The notes under the pieces: model-generated
The model's input: the letters and a program-made list of their open reading frames with translations, nothing else
Database searches by the model: none
Told to the model about the DNA's origin: nothing
Part shown: in pieces, positions 1-10,678 of the stretch
How the letters are laid out: each line of letters begins with the position of its first letter
Position numbering within the stretch: the first letter of the stretch is position 1
Made by a program: the position numbers and the translations under genes
Assembly: GCA_000934665.2 (NCBI GenBank)
Contig: JYFJ02003406.1
Span: forward strand, 1-42,350
Length of the DNA: 42,350 bases
Direction of reading: 5' to 3'
From: Catajapyx aquilonaris
Lineage: Eukaryota

Positions 1-89
1 ATAATTATTGCAAAGGTTACTACTAAATCAATGAGTCACTCCTATGGAAAAGTCTTTCATAACCCGAGCAACGCCGGGTATCCTGCTAG
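1..89 (+). mobile_element. Helitron-like element, 3' terminus (truncated by window start)
   Basis: Short GC-rich hairpin ACCCG-agcaacgc-CGGGT (62-79) followed a few bases later by CTAG (86-89) and a T. This is the typical rolling-circle Helitron 3' end layout, set in otherwise AT-rich DNA. Confidence 0.55.
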
Positions 90-981
90 TAATAATATAA
101 TTACAATAATAATAATATGCAATATAAATATAAATAAATTAGCATGATATAATTAAATATGAATGCCTCGTTTAATTTTGATCACGTAGTATCAGATTGT
201 ACAATCAGATTATCTACATGTATTTTGGTTTCATGCATTGTGTTGTCCAAAATAATGTACCACGTAGATCGTAGAGAGAAAAAAATTGTTAATAATATGC
301 GCGCCAAAATGAACAGTGCTGCCATCTGCAATTTGCACTCCACTTTATTTTAAAACATTCGCATTAATTCAGCTCCAAATTTCGTGTGTTGTTTAGTTGT
401 CAAAGTTAATTATTGTAATTTTTTCCAGTCCGCATAAAACCGGTACGCAAATGCTGCTTAATAACATAATATTAGTGGACACTAAGTCGCAATAGCGAAA
501 TAGCCTCAATAATGCATGCCGGAATTTGCTTCTTATTAACACCCCGTCCATCAATCACAATATATTGTGCCGTGCGTTCTCCCCGCATGAAATCAGACAA
601 CAACACTGAAAACATGCATCGACATTATTTTGTGGCCATTATAATTATTATGCCGAGATATTAGAGAGCTGCATGCGACTAGGCTGGGCAGCAGCTGTGG
701 TATTCCCAGCCGGCTTCTTCCTCCATGATGGCGGCACATCGCCGGTTGTGTGGCCGACCGTTAGCCTGAAGAGGAGTGCCTTGCCTGGGCTGCTCTGCTG
801 TGGAAAGGCCTTTGGAGAGCGCAGGTGAGGTGGGACCCCCTGGGGCACACTAGCGTTGTTGTTACGACATGAGGGTTTGTAGTCCAAGTCCTCTTTGGTG
901 TACACCGAGACCGAGGCTGTTGGGGAAGTCCACCTGCCCTGTGCCTAACCCCCTCTGGTCCACAGGTCACAACACATCAGC

Positions 982-3900
982 ATGGCATCGTCCACTCCGG
1001 GGCACGATGGCCTGGAGCAGTCGGGGAAGACGGTGGAGAGGTGCTACCAGACGGACAGCGCCTTCCAGCCCCTCCTGGAGTCCCTGGGGGTGGGGCCGCA
1101 GTCAGGACCCACCGTCAGCGGACTCAACGAGTCTGCCTACCCCACCTTGGACGGGGGGCCTGCAGGGCTGGCCCCTCTCAAGCAGCTCAACGTGCTCAAG
1201 AGGAACCCACTGCCCGCTGAGCTCCTAGAACACTTTGGACGTATCCTTTCTTAATACACTGCAAATATGAAAAACCAATATTAGATAAACATTAAAATCA
1301 AATACAGTTGGATCTGGATATAACAGATTTCAAGGGTCCCGGAAATCACTGTTATAACCGTGAGGTCTGTTACACATTATGTGTATAGAAATTTGCCGGG
1401 ACCGGTCTGTCGAGTCTGTTATAGCTGAGGCTGTTATATCCAGATTCAACTACTGTTGTTACATAAATATAAAACTAAACAAATATTTTAAAATAAATAC
1501 GCACAAATTTTTGCTATATAAACATAATTAATAGAAATATTTCGAGTCCATATAAATCAATAAACAAATATTTTGAATTAATATTAATTTAAAAACAAAT
1601 TCTTCCAGAAATGTCAATTAAAAACCAAGTTTTTCCATGCAGATTAATTTAAAAAGCAATATTTTCAATAATAAAAAATTAATAAACATATTCTTCAATA
1701 AGTCAAATTAATAACATATTCAATAAACACAAGTAAATAAACAAAATCCAAAATAATTTTTTAAAAATAAAACAAAATTTGTTCAAATAGCCTACATACA
1801 ATTAGAATTTTAAAAACACAATTTAATATACCGTATATTTAAAATGTGGATTAATAAACAAGTACATTTCAATAACTACAAATGAACTAACAAATTATGC
1901 AGATATCTGCATGAGTAGCTGTAAATGTGCATTTTTCTTAACATGTGGGCAGACATGCAGTGCAACTGTCTAATGGGCCTTTTTCCGGAGGTGGGTCGTG
2001 CTTGGCTCACAATTGATAGCGGGATATACGTCTGGGCATATGAGGATGGGTAAGTATGGGCGGATACAGGTTGGCGCATTTACTTGCATATTTTCCGCTA
2101 CAGGAGTGACCTGGCGTACTTCAACGGGCTGTCCGAGACCATCCTGAGTGTTGGGCTGCTGTCGCCCAAGCCACGTGTTTTCCAGTCGTATATTCGGTAT
2201 CTCCTGTGCCTCACGACTCCAGTGGAGATTGTGCTGCTTGGCGTGACCTTGTCCCGGCCACACGGGGCATCTGCTTATGAAGAGATGCATCTGCTTCCGG
2301 AGCCACTCTTCTCACTGCCTACCGATGGTGCCTACGTGGTGACTATTGCGGGGACGGCCTCAGGTCGAGTGTTTCTCGGGGCTAAAGACGGTTGCCTGCA
2401 TGAACTGATCTACCAGGCGGAAGACGGCTGGTTTAGTCGCAAGTGTCGGAAAGTCAACCATTCCAAGAGCGCCCTGTCTTTCCTAGTCCCTGCATTTATC
2501 TCCGCTGCTATATACGAGGAGGATCCATTGGTGCAGATTGTGGTGGATGACACCAGGAATGTGCTGTACACCCGCTCGGAAAAGGGGAGCCTACAGGTAC
2601 GGTTAATTTTTTGCTTCTAATTTGAGCTGCTAATGCAATTAACTGTCTTTTTTCAGGTGTATGACTTGGGTCTGGATGGTCAGGGCATTTCACGAGTTGC
2701 GGCACTCCATCAATCGCAGATGATGTCTCATGTGTCTCATGTTGCACGGACTGTGGACTATTCTGTGTTTCGTCCGCTGTCCGGTATATCAGTGGTGGAT
2801 CGCTCCGAGTCTCCGCATGTTCATTTGGTGGCCATCACCCACACTGGCGCCCGACTGTATTACACCACCACTTCCATCTCACATCCGACGCATCGGCCAT
2901 ACACGTTGCAATTGTTACACGTGCGATTACCACCTGGATTTGCGGCAAATGCGTCACCAGTGCGGCCTAGTCGGGTTCACATGTCTCACTACCGTCGTGG
3001 GACACTCCTGCTGTCCAGCTCCGTCTCGGAGGACAACGACGCACTGTGGGTCATCAGCAATGATCCGTTCCCATTCCAACAGTCCCTGATGGAGATGCAG
3101 TCAACCCTTAGTGTCGGTGGGAAAACCTGGGCGATGGCGGAAGTCCCTCAGCCGTCACGTACACTCGAGATCCTGGCCATATCCCAGCCATCATGCACGC
3201 CGCCTTTAGCACTCACTCAGCATGCGGAGTTGCCACGGCTCTTTGTCCTGCTCTCGGCTCAGGGCTCGGTGATTCTGACTAAAATGAGACCCGTGGACCA
3301 ACTGAAGCAGTTGCTGCTTGATTGCGGAGGACCCGACTCTGAGAGCGTGAAAGCATACTTCCAGATGAATGGCGAGGCCCAGGCGTGTGCGATGGCCCTG
3401 GTGCTCGCATGCAGAGAGGGCGTACAGGATGCGCAGATGGCCGAGTGGGCCAGGCGTGCATTTTTCCTGCACGGAGGCGAGCCGAAGGTGACACATCAGC
3501 AGGGATTTGGTGCCCAGCCGACACAAGGATATTTGCATGGTGAGCTGCATATTGGTAGTGTTTGTACTCATCTGAAGTCGCTACTTGATTGTTATAGCAG
3601 CAAGTCCGGTGATGAATATGGCATCACCAAATCCAGGCACCTACGTGCAATCTCCAGCAGGCGGATTCCATCCAGAGCTGGTGTCAACTCCTGTGTCGGC
3701 TGTCCAGGGAATGGCAACACCTATCGGGGACATCCAGTTTTCCGGGAAGCACAATGGGCTGTACCTCCATTTCTCCCGTATCGTTCGACCATTCTGGTAC
3801 ATAAAGCTGGTGCAGCCGTACCAGACTCAGCAGAAGGTCCAATATGTGAGTATGCAGCTTCGTACAGCATTTGCTTCGAGAAAACTATTTGTGTGCACAG

Positions 3901-6900
3901 ACTAATGCTAGTTCACTTTTGCTGCAGTTGACGTCCATCCTCAGCAGTAGCGACATGAGCCTGTTTTTGACCCAGCTTCATCCACTGAGAGACTTTGTTG
4001 AACGTAACTCTGAGTTGCTGATGGGCGGACCTGGACTGGTTGGTGGGTCGACTCCAGGTCCCAACATGGATGGAAGCATAACAGGGCTGTACCAAGGAAG
4101 CGTGAGGGACGGGTGGGCATTAAGTGGGGCCAACGAGACGTCCAGGATGGAATCACGCACAGAGGGACGAGCCCAGGAGCGGCAGTCGCTGATGAATCTG
4201 AAGCGATTGCTCGGACGCACCTGCCAGGTATGAAGTGCTGCGATAAAAACATTACCACCTGTAAGTCGAGCGAGACCATCACTTTTCGTATCAATATTTC
4301 AGGTTCTGTCCTTCTGGAAGGTCCTCTGTGACCACCAGTTGCACATCATTTTGGCCACTCTTCCAAAAGACCGCCAGCAGCAAGTGTCTGCTGCCACATT
4401 CCGCGACTTGGTGGTGTCCGGCTCAGAAGTGTGTGCTGCCTTGGTTAACAGCCTTATCTCTCGCTTCCTGGACGACAGTGCAAGTACGGATGCAATCAGT
4501 GAGCGACTCAGAGAAGCGTGTCCGGACATATATCGCAGAGAAGATGCGGCTTGTTCTAAGGTCAGCCACTTTCCATTGCGAAGTAGTCAAATGTGAATCG
4601 ATGTAATTAATTCCAGGCAAGTGAGCTGCTTCTGGCTGCCCGTTCTCCAGACCTGTCCCAGGGTGAGCGTGAACGTCTGCTTAGAGAAGCACTTAACCTG
4701 GCTAAGCCGATATCAGGCCAGTTGAACTTGGCTCCTCTGTGTGCACAGTTGGCCGCCTGTCGTGCCCACCGAGGGGTGGTTGAATTGTGCCTGAGCGCCG
4801 CAGCAAGGAGAGACAGTCGGAGTCTGGCTCTGAGATTTCACAAGTCCGGTCGACCCGAGGCTGACAGGCAAGGGTATCAGGCGTACCTAGAAAGGAAGCA
4901 GTGTTATCAGCCTGTGTTGGACCTGCTTGGAGCACTGTCGTCTAAAGCAGGAACAGGACATCTTCGGGCTTCCGTGTTGCCTCAGGTGCCTGGGCCTCCT
5001 CCGCCTGCTGATCCAACGCAGATGGCACCGTCACAGGCTAAGGAATACGTAAGTGGCTTTTGTTCCGTAACGTCATTGGTCCTGTTCTCATGCATTGATA
5101 TGTTCCAGGCAGAACAGATGTTTGCCATGTGCTTGGAGAGTGACGACGAGCTTTTCCATGTGTCCCTGTACGAGTGGTTGGTTGAGCAGAAAATGTACGA
5201 GGAACTTCTGGAGATCCGCCATCCTTTCCTGGAAGCCTTCCTCCAGCATACGACGCAGGCCATGCAGGAAGAAGGGGCCAACCGATCAGTCCTCGACTTG
5301 CTCTGGAAGTACTACGAGAGGAATCGCAATTATCTTGCTGCTGCCAACATTCTCGCCAAGCTTGCTGAAAGACATGAGTGAGTATATCGATTGGTTGTGG
5401 AGTTTATTTAGTATGAGACTTATTGCCTCATCTTTCGTACAGCCCAACGGTGAGCCTGGGTCATCGCCTGGAGTATCTCTCACGTGCCATAATGTGCCTG
5501 AAGAGCACCGACGCCTGCCTGATCCCTCCGACCCAGGGTGAGTTCCTGCATGAACTGGAAGAGAAGATGGAAGTCGCCCGAGTCCAACTCCTAGTGCTGG
5601 ACACACTCAAGGTTGCAGGGATCGGTTACGGAAGTCAACAGACATTCCTGGAGGATGCAATCTCCAGACTCAACTGCGACCTTCTGGACATCACCCAGCT
5701 GTATGAGGAGTATGCTCAGCGCTTCCAGTTGTGGGAGTGCAAACTTGCGATTCTGCATTGCGCTGGGCACTTTGACGCTATTTTAGTCGAAAATGTGTGG
5801 AGCAACATCATTCAAGGAGGTGAGTTGAGCTCGTCACTTGTCAGGTTCATGCAAATCGCTGACACTTCGTTTGATTCCAGAGCTTCAGCGCACCATGGGA
5901 GAGGCTCCAGACATAAAGATCGAGGCAATCCAGACGAAAATCAAATCACTAGGAAAGCTGTATGCTTCTTCTCAGAAGTTCTTCCCACTTGGTATGTCCG
6001 CAGATGTTTCTCTGTTGTCTAATAAGGCATCATCAGCATTGCGTGGACTAGTTTGCTACTGTGAAATTTATGCAAGGAAAACATGAACTAATGAGTACGT
6101 TTGGGGCCTTTTTTTCGCAGAATATCTGGTAAAGCATCTGGAGATAATATCTTGCAAGCAGATGGGTCCCCTCCAGTGGGTATTCTCGGTGATGCTGGAG
6201 GTTGGCATCCCAGTGCAGCGTTTGGTGCACGTCTACAATAGACTGAGTCTGGCCAACGACCTCGTATGGCAGAGCGAGAGGCAACCGCTCAGACTCCTCG
6301 AGGTTCTTGCGGAGCTGCTTGATCGATTCTGCGACAAGCCAACACTTGTGCCAATTGTTGAAAGGTGAGGAGCATGCCTTTTGAATTGCAGAAGATTATT
6401 TGCACCAATATTTGAAATGCAAGTCCAAATATGCGTAAGTAAGGCACTGGCCATAAGTAAGGCAAACCTTATTGAGATAACTTCAGATAATGTATTTCAA
6501 GTCCCATTCTCGGAATGACTGATCTGTGTTTTGCAAAGCAGTTGAGGCAAAATACAGATAGTGTAGTGCAAAGCCGTAATGGGTCCGGATAACAATCTTC
6601 AGATAGGAAAAGGATTTCTTAAAGCCAAAAGTAAGGCAAAGGCGGCTTTTCTTCACAAGAACATTTCTGACGGCAGAGACAGCTCTTTAGGTGCACCACG
6701 ATATCGGGAGATGAAAGACTCCAGATAAGACAATATCCATGCCCTTTGTGACTTCCTCCATAAATAAAATGAAGCCGTACGAAGTGAAAATTTTCTGGCA
6801 ATGATCAATTTATGCCACATAATATCCTCTGCTATTAGGTTCATCTTAACAAGGTTTTCCGATAGAGAGCGCCTGTTTATCTGTACATTAATAATTTCGA

Positions 6901-7072
6901 TGTGGAACTTGAATATTAATACTGATTTTGAACGATTTGCAGGCAACATTTTGTGATCAGCTGCCAGGACATGATTGCACGTCACCTAGTGACCTTGGAC
7001 TGCCGCTCAGATGCGGGAATACTTACGGCGAAGATGCGGACCATTCAGGACAGGCTGGAGAGACTCCATTGA
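982..7072 (+). CDS. NUP155: Nuclear pore complex protein Nup155, 13 exons, about 1366 aa
   Basis: Exons 982-1240, 1953-2049, 2104-2596, 2657-3539, 3598-3845, 3928-4227, 4303-4560, 4617-5048, 5109-5377, 5443-5819, 5881-5991, 6121-6364, 6943-7072. All phases join (4101 nt). Motifs [104 protein letters not shown] and C-terminal LERLH* are characteristic of Nup155. Confidence 0.97.
1241..1952 (+). other. U12-type (minor spliceosome) GT-AG intron, Nup155 intron 1
   Basis: 5' splice site GTATCCTTT (1241-1249). Branch site TTTTCTTAAC (1933-1942) lies about 10 nt before the AG (1951-1952) with no polypyrimidine tract. Splicing restores the conserved FG-H-MQCNC. Confidence 0.92.
1305..1452. mobile_element. 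MITE (Tc1/mariner-pogo type) inside Nup155 intron 1
   Basis: Terminal inverted repeats AGTTGGATCTGGATATAACAG (1306-1326) and CTGTTATATCCAGATTCAACT (1431-1451) match 20/21. Left end begins TA|CAGT. No ORF. Confidence 0.7.
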
Positions 7073-7840
7073 TTGAGGGGAATAATTTCTATTGTTTTAT
7101 TAATTCTGTCAAAGCACACAAAAAGGCGGTCATTAATCACCATTAATATTTCAAGCATTGTTGGATAGACTATTTTTCCATAGGTGGGAGGAGAGGAATA
7201 TGTGATTCCAGTGATTTACCCACTGCCAATTATTTCCTCCATGTTTTTGTTACGATCGTGGGTTGCAATTCATGTTTGCGAGTTTCTTTTTTTTTATTTT
7301 ACAGAAATGCAGATTAAAGTGTGAAATCAGTTTTGTCTTGTTTGATGACTACTTGTTCATTCGCCATTCTTGAAGGTTTTCAATGAAACATCGCAACTGA
7401 AATCAAACTTATTGAAGCATTAACACAAGGTGTAATGTTTGTATGATGTTACTTTTTTGCTTAACTAGACTACTAGAGTATGAAATCCCTGAAGAAAGTA
7501 GAACTTGGCAGAATGTGTTTCCATACATTTCAGCTTTTCGAGATAAACGGTGCAGCAAACAGCTCGAGGGAGATAGTGGAATGTGACAGGATCCATCAGA
7601 TAAAATGTGCACGTTCCTTGCTGTAACGGAAACTAGGGATTGCGTAACTAGGTGATTGGTGTCGATTTCTACCGCCTACGCCCCAGCTATCAATCTTATC
7701 AGAATTTGGATTGCTTTTTATCACAACGTTACACACCTGAATGACCTTTTCAGATAAGCCAGACTTCCAGCTTTACTCATTATTGTGAGTGGGGACGAAG
7801 AGAGTTTTTGCAAGTAATGTGACACTTTAGCAAGTCCAGA

Positions 7841-10678
7841 ATGAAGGCAGAGGACAGGGCTTTCGTGTTGGTGTGTTTGTTGCAGGCGGTGTGTGGCGTG
7901 AAGGGGCAAATGCTGTGCAGAAGCAGCCGTCTTAACGAGTCGACAGATGAGAAGTTCGTGGAAGGTTTCTACAAGAGTAACAATGTGGAGTTTGTGGTGA
8001 TATATCCCGAGGATTCATCTGGGGAAGTGTGGAAGGAGGAGTGCGAATGCGAGCCACCTTCGATGGTGCGGATGGAGGGAGACGTAATGGTGAGTGTTGT
8101 GGTGTACTGATTAATTACATGGTACAACAAATGTAATGGATGTGTGGGATAGAGTTGGCATTAATTTTCGTTAGGTCGCCTATATGCAATAGTATGTACC
8201 TTTAGTTCAATGCATTCACTTTTGCTTATTTCTGGATATGACTGGATGTATTTGCACATCTAATCTTGACATGTCAGGGTCTATTGATAGTGTTAAGCTT
8301 TGTTTATCTTGTCCTCTGCCTGAAATATTAGCATCATAAACTAACGAGTAATGAAAACACATCAGTAATGCGACTTTTCTCTTGTGCACAGTGGTGTGAT
8401 GTCTTGGATGTGTACGAGGCGGAAGAACACTATGATTGCAGCAGTGGTACTGGTCGTTACCCAACCAATGCTACATCATCATCAAACGGAACATGCTTCC
8501 AAGGGTTTTACCAATGTGATGACTACGGAAACAAAAGCATAACTTTTACCAATAAAACTACGTGCGATGATGGCCTTTTCTTCAACATTGCTAGAGGAGT
8601 ATGTGATTATTCAGCGAATATTAAAGAATGCTGGCCGAAAAAAAATGTTAGCTGCTCCCATCCTGGAATATTTCCCATCATTGATGGGAAACTCTGTAGT
8701 GGCTATTACATGTGTGGCAATGAGAATAATACAAAAGCAATGGAACATTGCATGCCAGGATATGCATTCAATGGGGACTTCTGCGACTTGGAGGAATTTG
8801 TCAACAGCAGCATCTGTAAGCCTAAGATGTGTCCATGTCAAGGTACTGCGCAGGTGGCGGGTTGCACAACGGGTATGGTGTGTGATGAAGCTGGAAGTCA
8901 ACCGGATGCCATAACCTGTGACGAAGGTAACCTGTTTGACACTGGGACGAAATCGTGCTTGCGGGCACATGATGTCGTGTGCGATCCAAGGAGCGATGTC
9001 GATTGCAACCCACCGTCGTTGCAATGTGAGTGTGAAGGAGCGTACGCATCTGTTGGTTGCGGTGTCGGATATTTGTGCCCAAGGGCGGGCCAACCGGCAA
9101 ATTTGGTGCAATGCCCAGAACATTCTCATTTTGACACCTTGTCCTTATCATGTGGTGTCAATAAGTCAAACTGCGAGACGGAACTGAAGTGTGGTACATG
9201 TGGGTGCATCGGATCGTATGTGTCTTCACGTAATTGCAGTGTCGGGTACACATGCGATGCACCAGGTACATCAGCACACGTGACTTACTGTCAAGGTGGG
9301 ACCTCGTACGACACTGACTCGCAAGAATGCCAAGCTAGCAGCACCTGCCTTCCTGAAATACATTGCTATGTGTCTGGAACAATGCGAATGGTAGTGAATA
9401 TACTTGTGGGAATATCGACCGGACTCATTGCATTTGGCATGGTCATGTTCGTGTTGCGACCAGTGTCCACCCGTGATCACACTCTCTTCATAGGCACTGT
9501 GTTGGCATCGCTTATTGCAGCCAAGGCATGTTACATGGCCATTGTGGCTAATGCCACCAACTATGTACGTATGATATTTCAACGTTTGTTGCTATTGCAC
9601 ACTAACAATTTCTCCTTTACATAGGAATTTTCATTCGGTTCTGTTGGTGCATTGCTGCACGTATTTTACATGAACGTACTGCTGGTAATGGCTGTGGAAC
9701 TAACTGCGGTGTACATGCAATTGCGCTCACAACCCCTGCCCTACTCGTTCTTGCTGCCGGCTTATTTCATCACATGGGGTAAGTACAAATTGAAATTCCC
9801 AAAACGGTGTGTTCACAGAATCAGACGTTTTCATGGTTTTATTATGACAGCCATACCAGCTGTAATAGTTGGTGCAACAGTCGGTGGAAATGGAACCAAT
9901 TCGTACCTGTTTCTGAGTGCAAGTCAGACCTTCTTTAGGATTGACTGGGATTCTTCAGCTATCTACACATTCGGAGTGTCGATTGCAGTAGCGCTCCTGG
10001 TACGCCACATCATGTTGAGATCAGATGCCGGATGTCTTACCAAACTTTTAATATGCAGGTGGTCATCTCCTTCCTGGCAGGCTTGCTGTGGATGTGGTGC
10101 CGAGACAAAACGGACTCAATTTCAGACGGACGCCTTGAGTAAGAATCGAACTGACTGCGAGTACTCACGTGGACATTTCATGAGGAACAATTTGTTTGCA
10201 GGTGTGACATGCGCGTGTGCGTTGGAGGCACCCCAGCCATATTGGCAACATGGTCTCTTGCCACTCTGACATTCAGCACTCAGGATGATGTGCCTGGTGG
10301 ACTTTTTGCAGCTTTTGCATTCTTGGAGGTTAGAATAACTAGTATGAAATGAGGGCTTTAGATATTTAATCTGGATATTTTAATATTTCAAATCAGGGTG
10401 CCCTCCTGCTGATCCTCTTGTGGGTTGGGACACGTCCTCGTGGACGTGTCAGCTTCTTTGCGTCTGTTGCTGAATTGTGTCACTGGGAAGGAAGGGTCGG
10501 CCCATTAGGATCCACTGCTGAGAGACCCCAAGGCTCTTCCGTGGCTGGTCCATCTGGAGCAGCAGCTCCGAGACTTTCCATCTCGAGCTGGGGATCTGGA
10601 AATTCCTCCTCCGCCTCCACTGCGTCTGGAATAGGCGAGTTTCTGTCCGCAAAGTTTTATGTACCGGTATCGCCATAG
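7841..10678 (+). CDS. Chitin-binding (peritrophin-A/CBM14 x5) seven-transmembrane receptor, class-B GPCR-like, about 737 aa
   Basis: Exons 7841-8089, 8392-9564, 9625-9778, 9851-9999, 10059-10138, 10202-10328, 10397-10678, all GT-AG and phase-compatible. Signal-like N-terminus (AFVLVCLLQAVCG), Cys-rich repeats, seven hydrophobic segments with LLHVF..M..E...Y (TM3), W-AIPAVIV (TM4), LATW (TM6), LF..F..LEG (TM7), then a Ser-rich tail. The 3' end may extend into 10778-10920. Confidence 0.85.
8437..9348 (+). other. Array of five chitin-binding type 2 (peritrophin-A/CBM14) domains
   Basis: Six-Cys spacing with aromatic motifs: CFQGFYQC..CDDGLFFNIARGVCDY..C; CSGYYMC..CMPGYAFNGDFCD..C; CTTGMVC..CDEGNLFDTGTKSC..C; CGVGYLC..CPEHSHFDTLSLSC..C; CSVGYTC..CQGGTSYDTDSQEC..C. 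Confidence 0.85.

Noticed and set aside
648..905. 85-aa minus-strand ORF upstream of Nup155
   Set aside because: No recognisable motif; the region is better explained by plus-strand splice signals of Nup155.
9652..10269. 205-aa ORF as a standalone membrane protein
   Set aside because: It reads through short introns of the 7TM gene and leaves the true frame after 9999.
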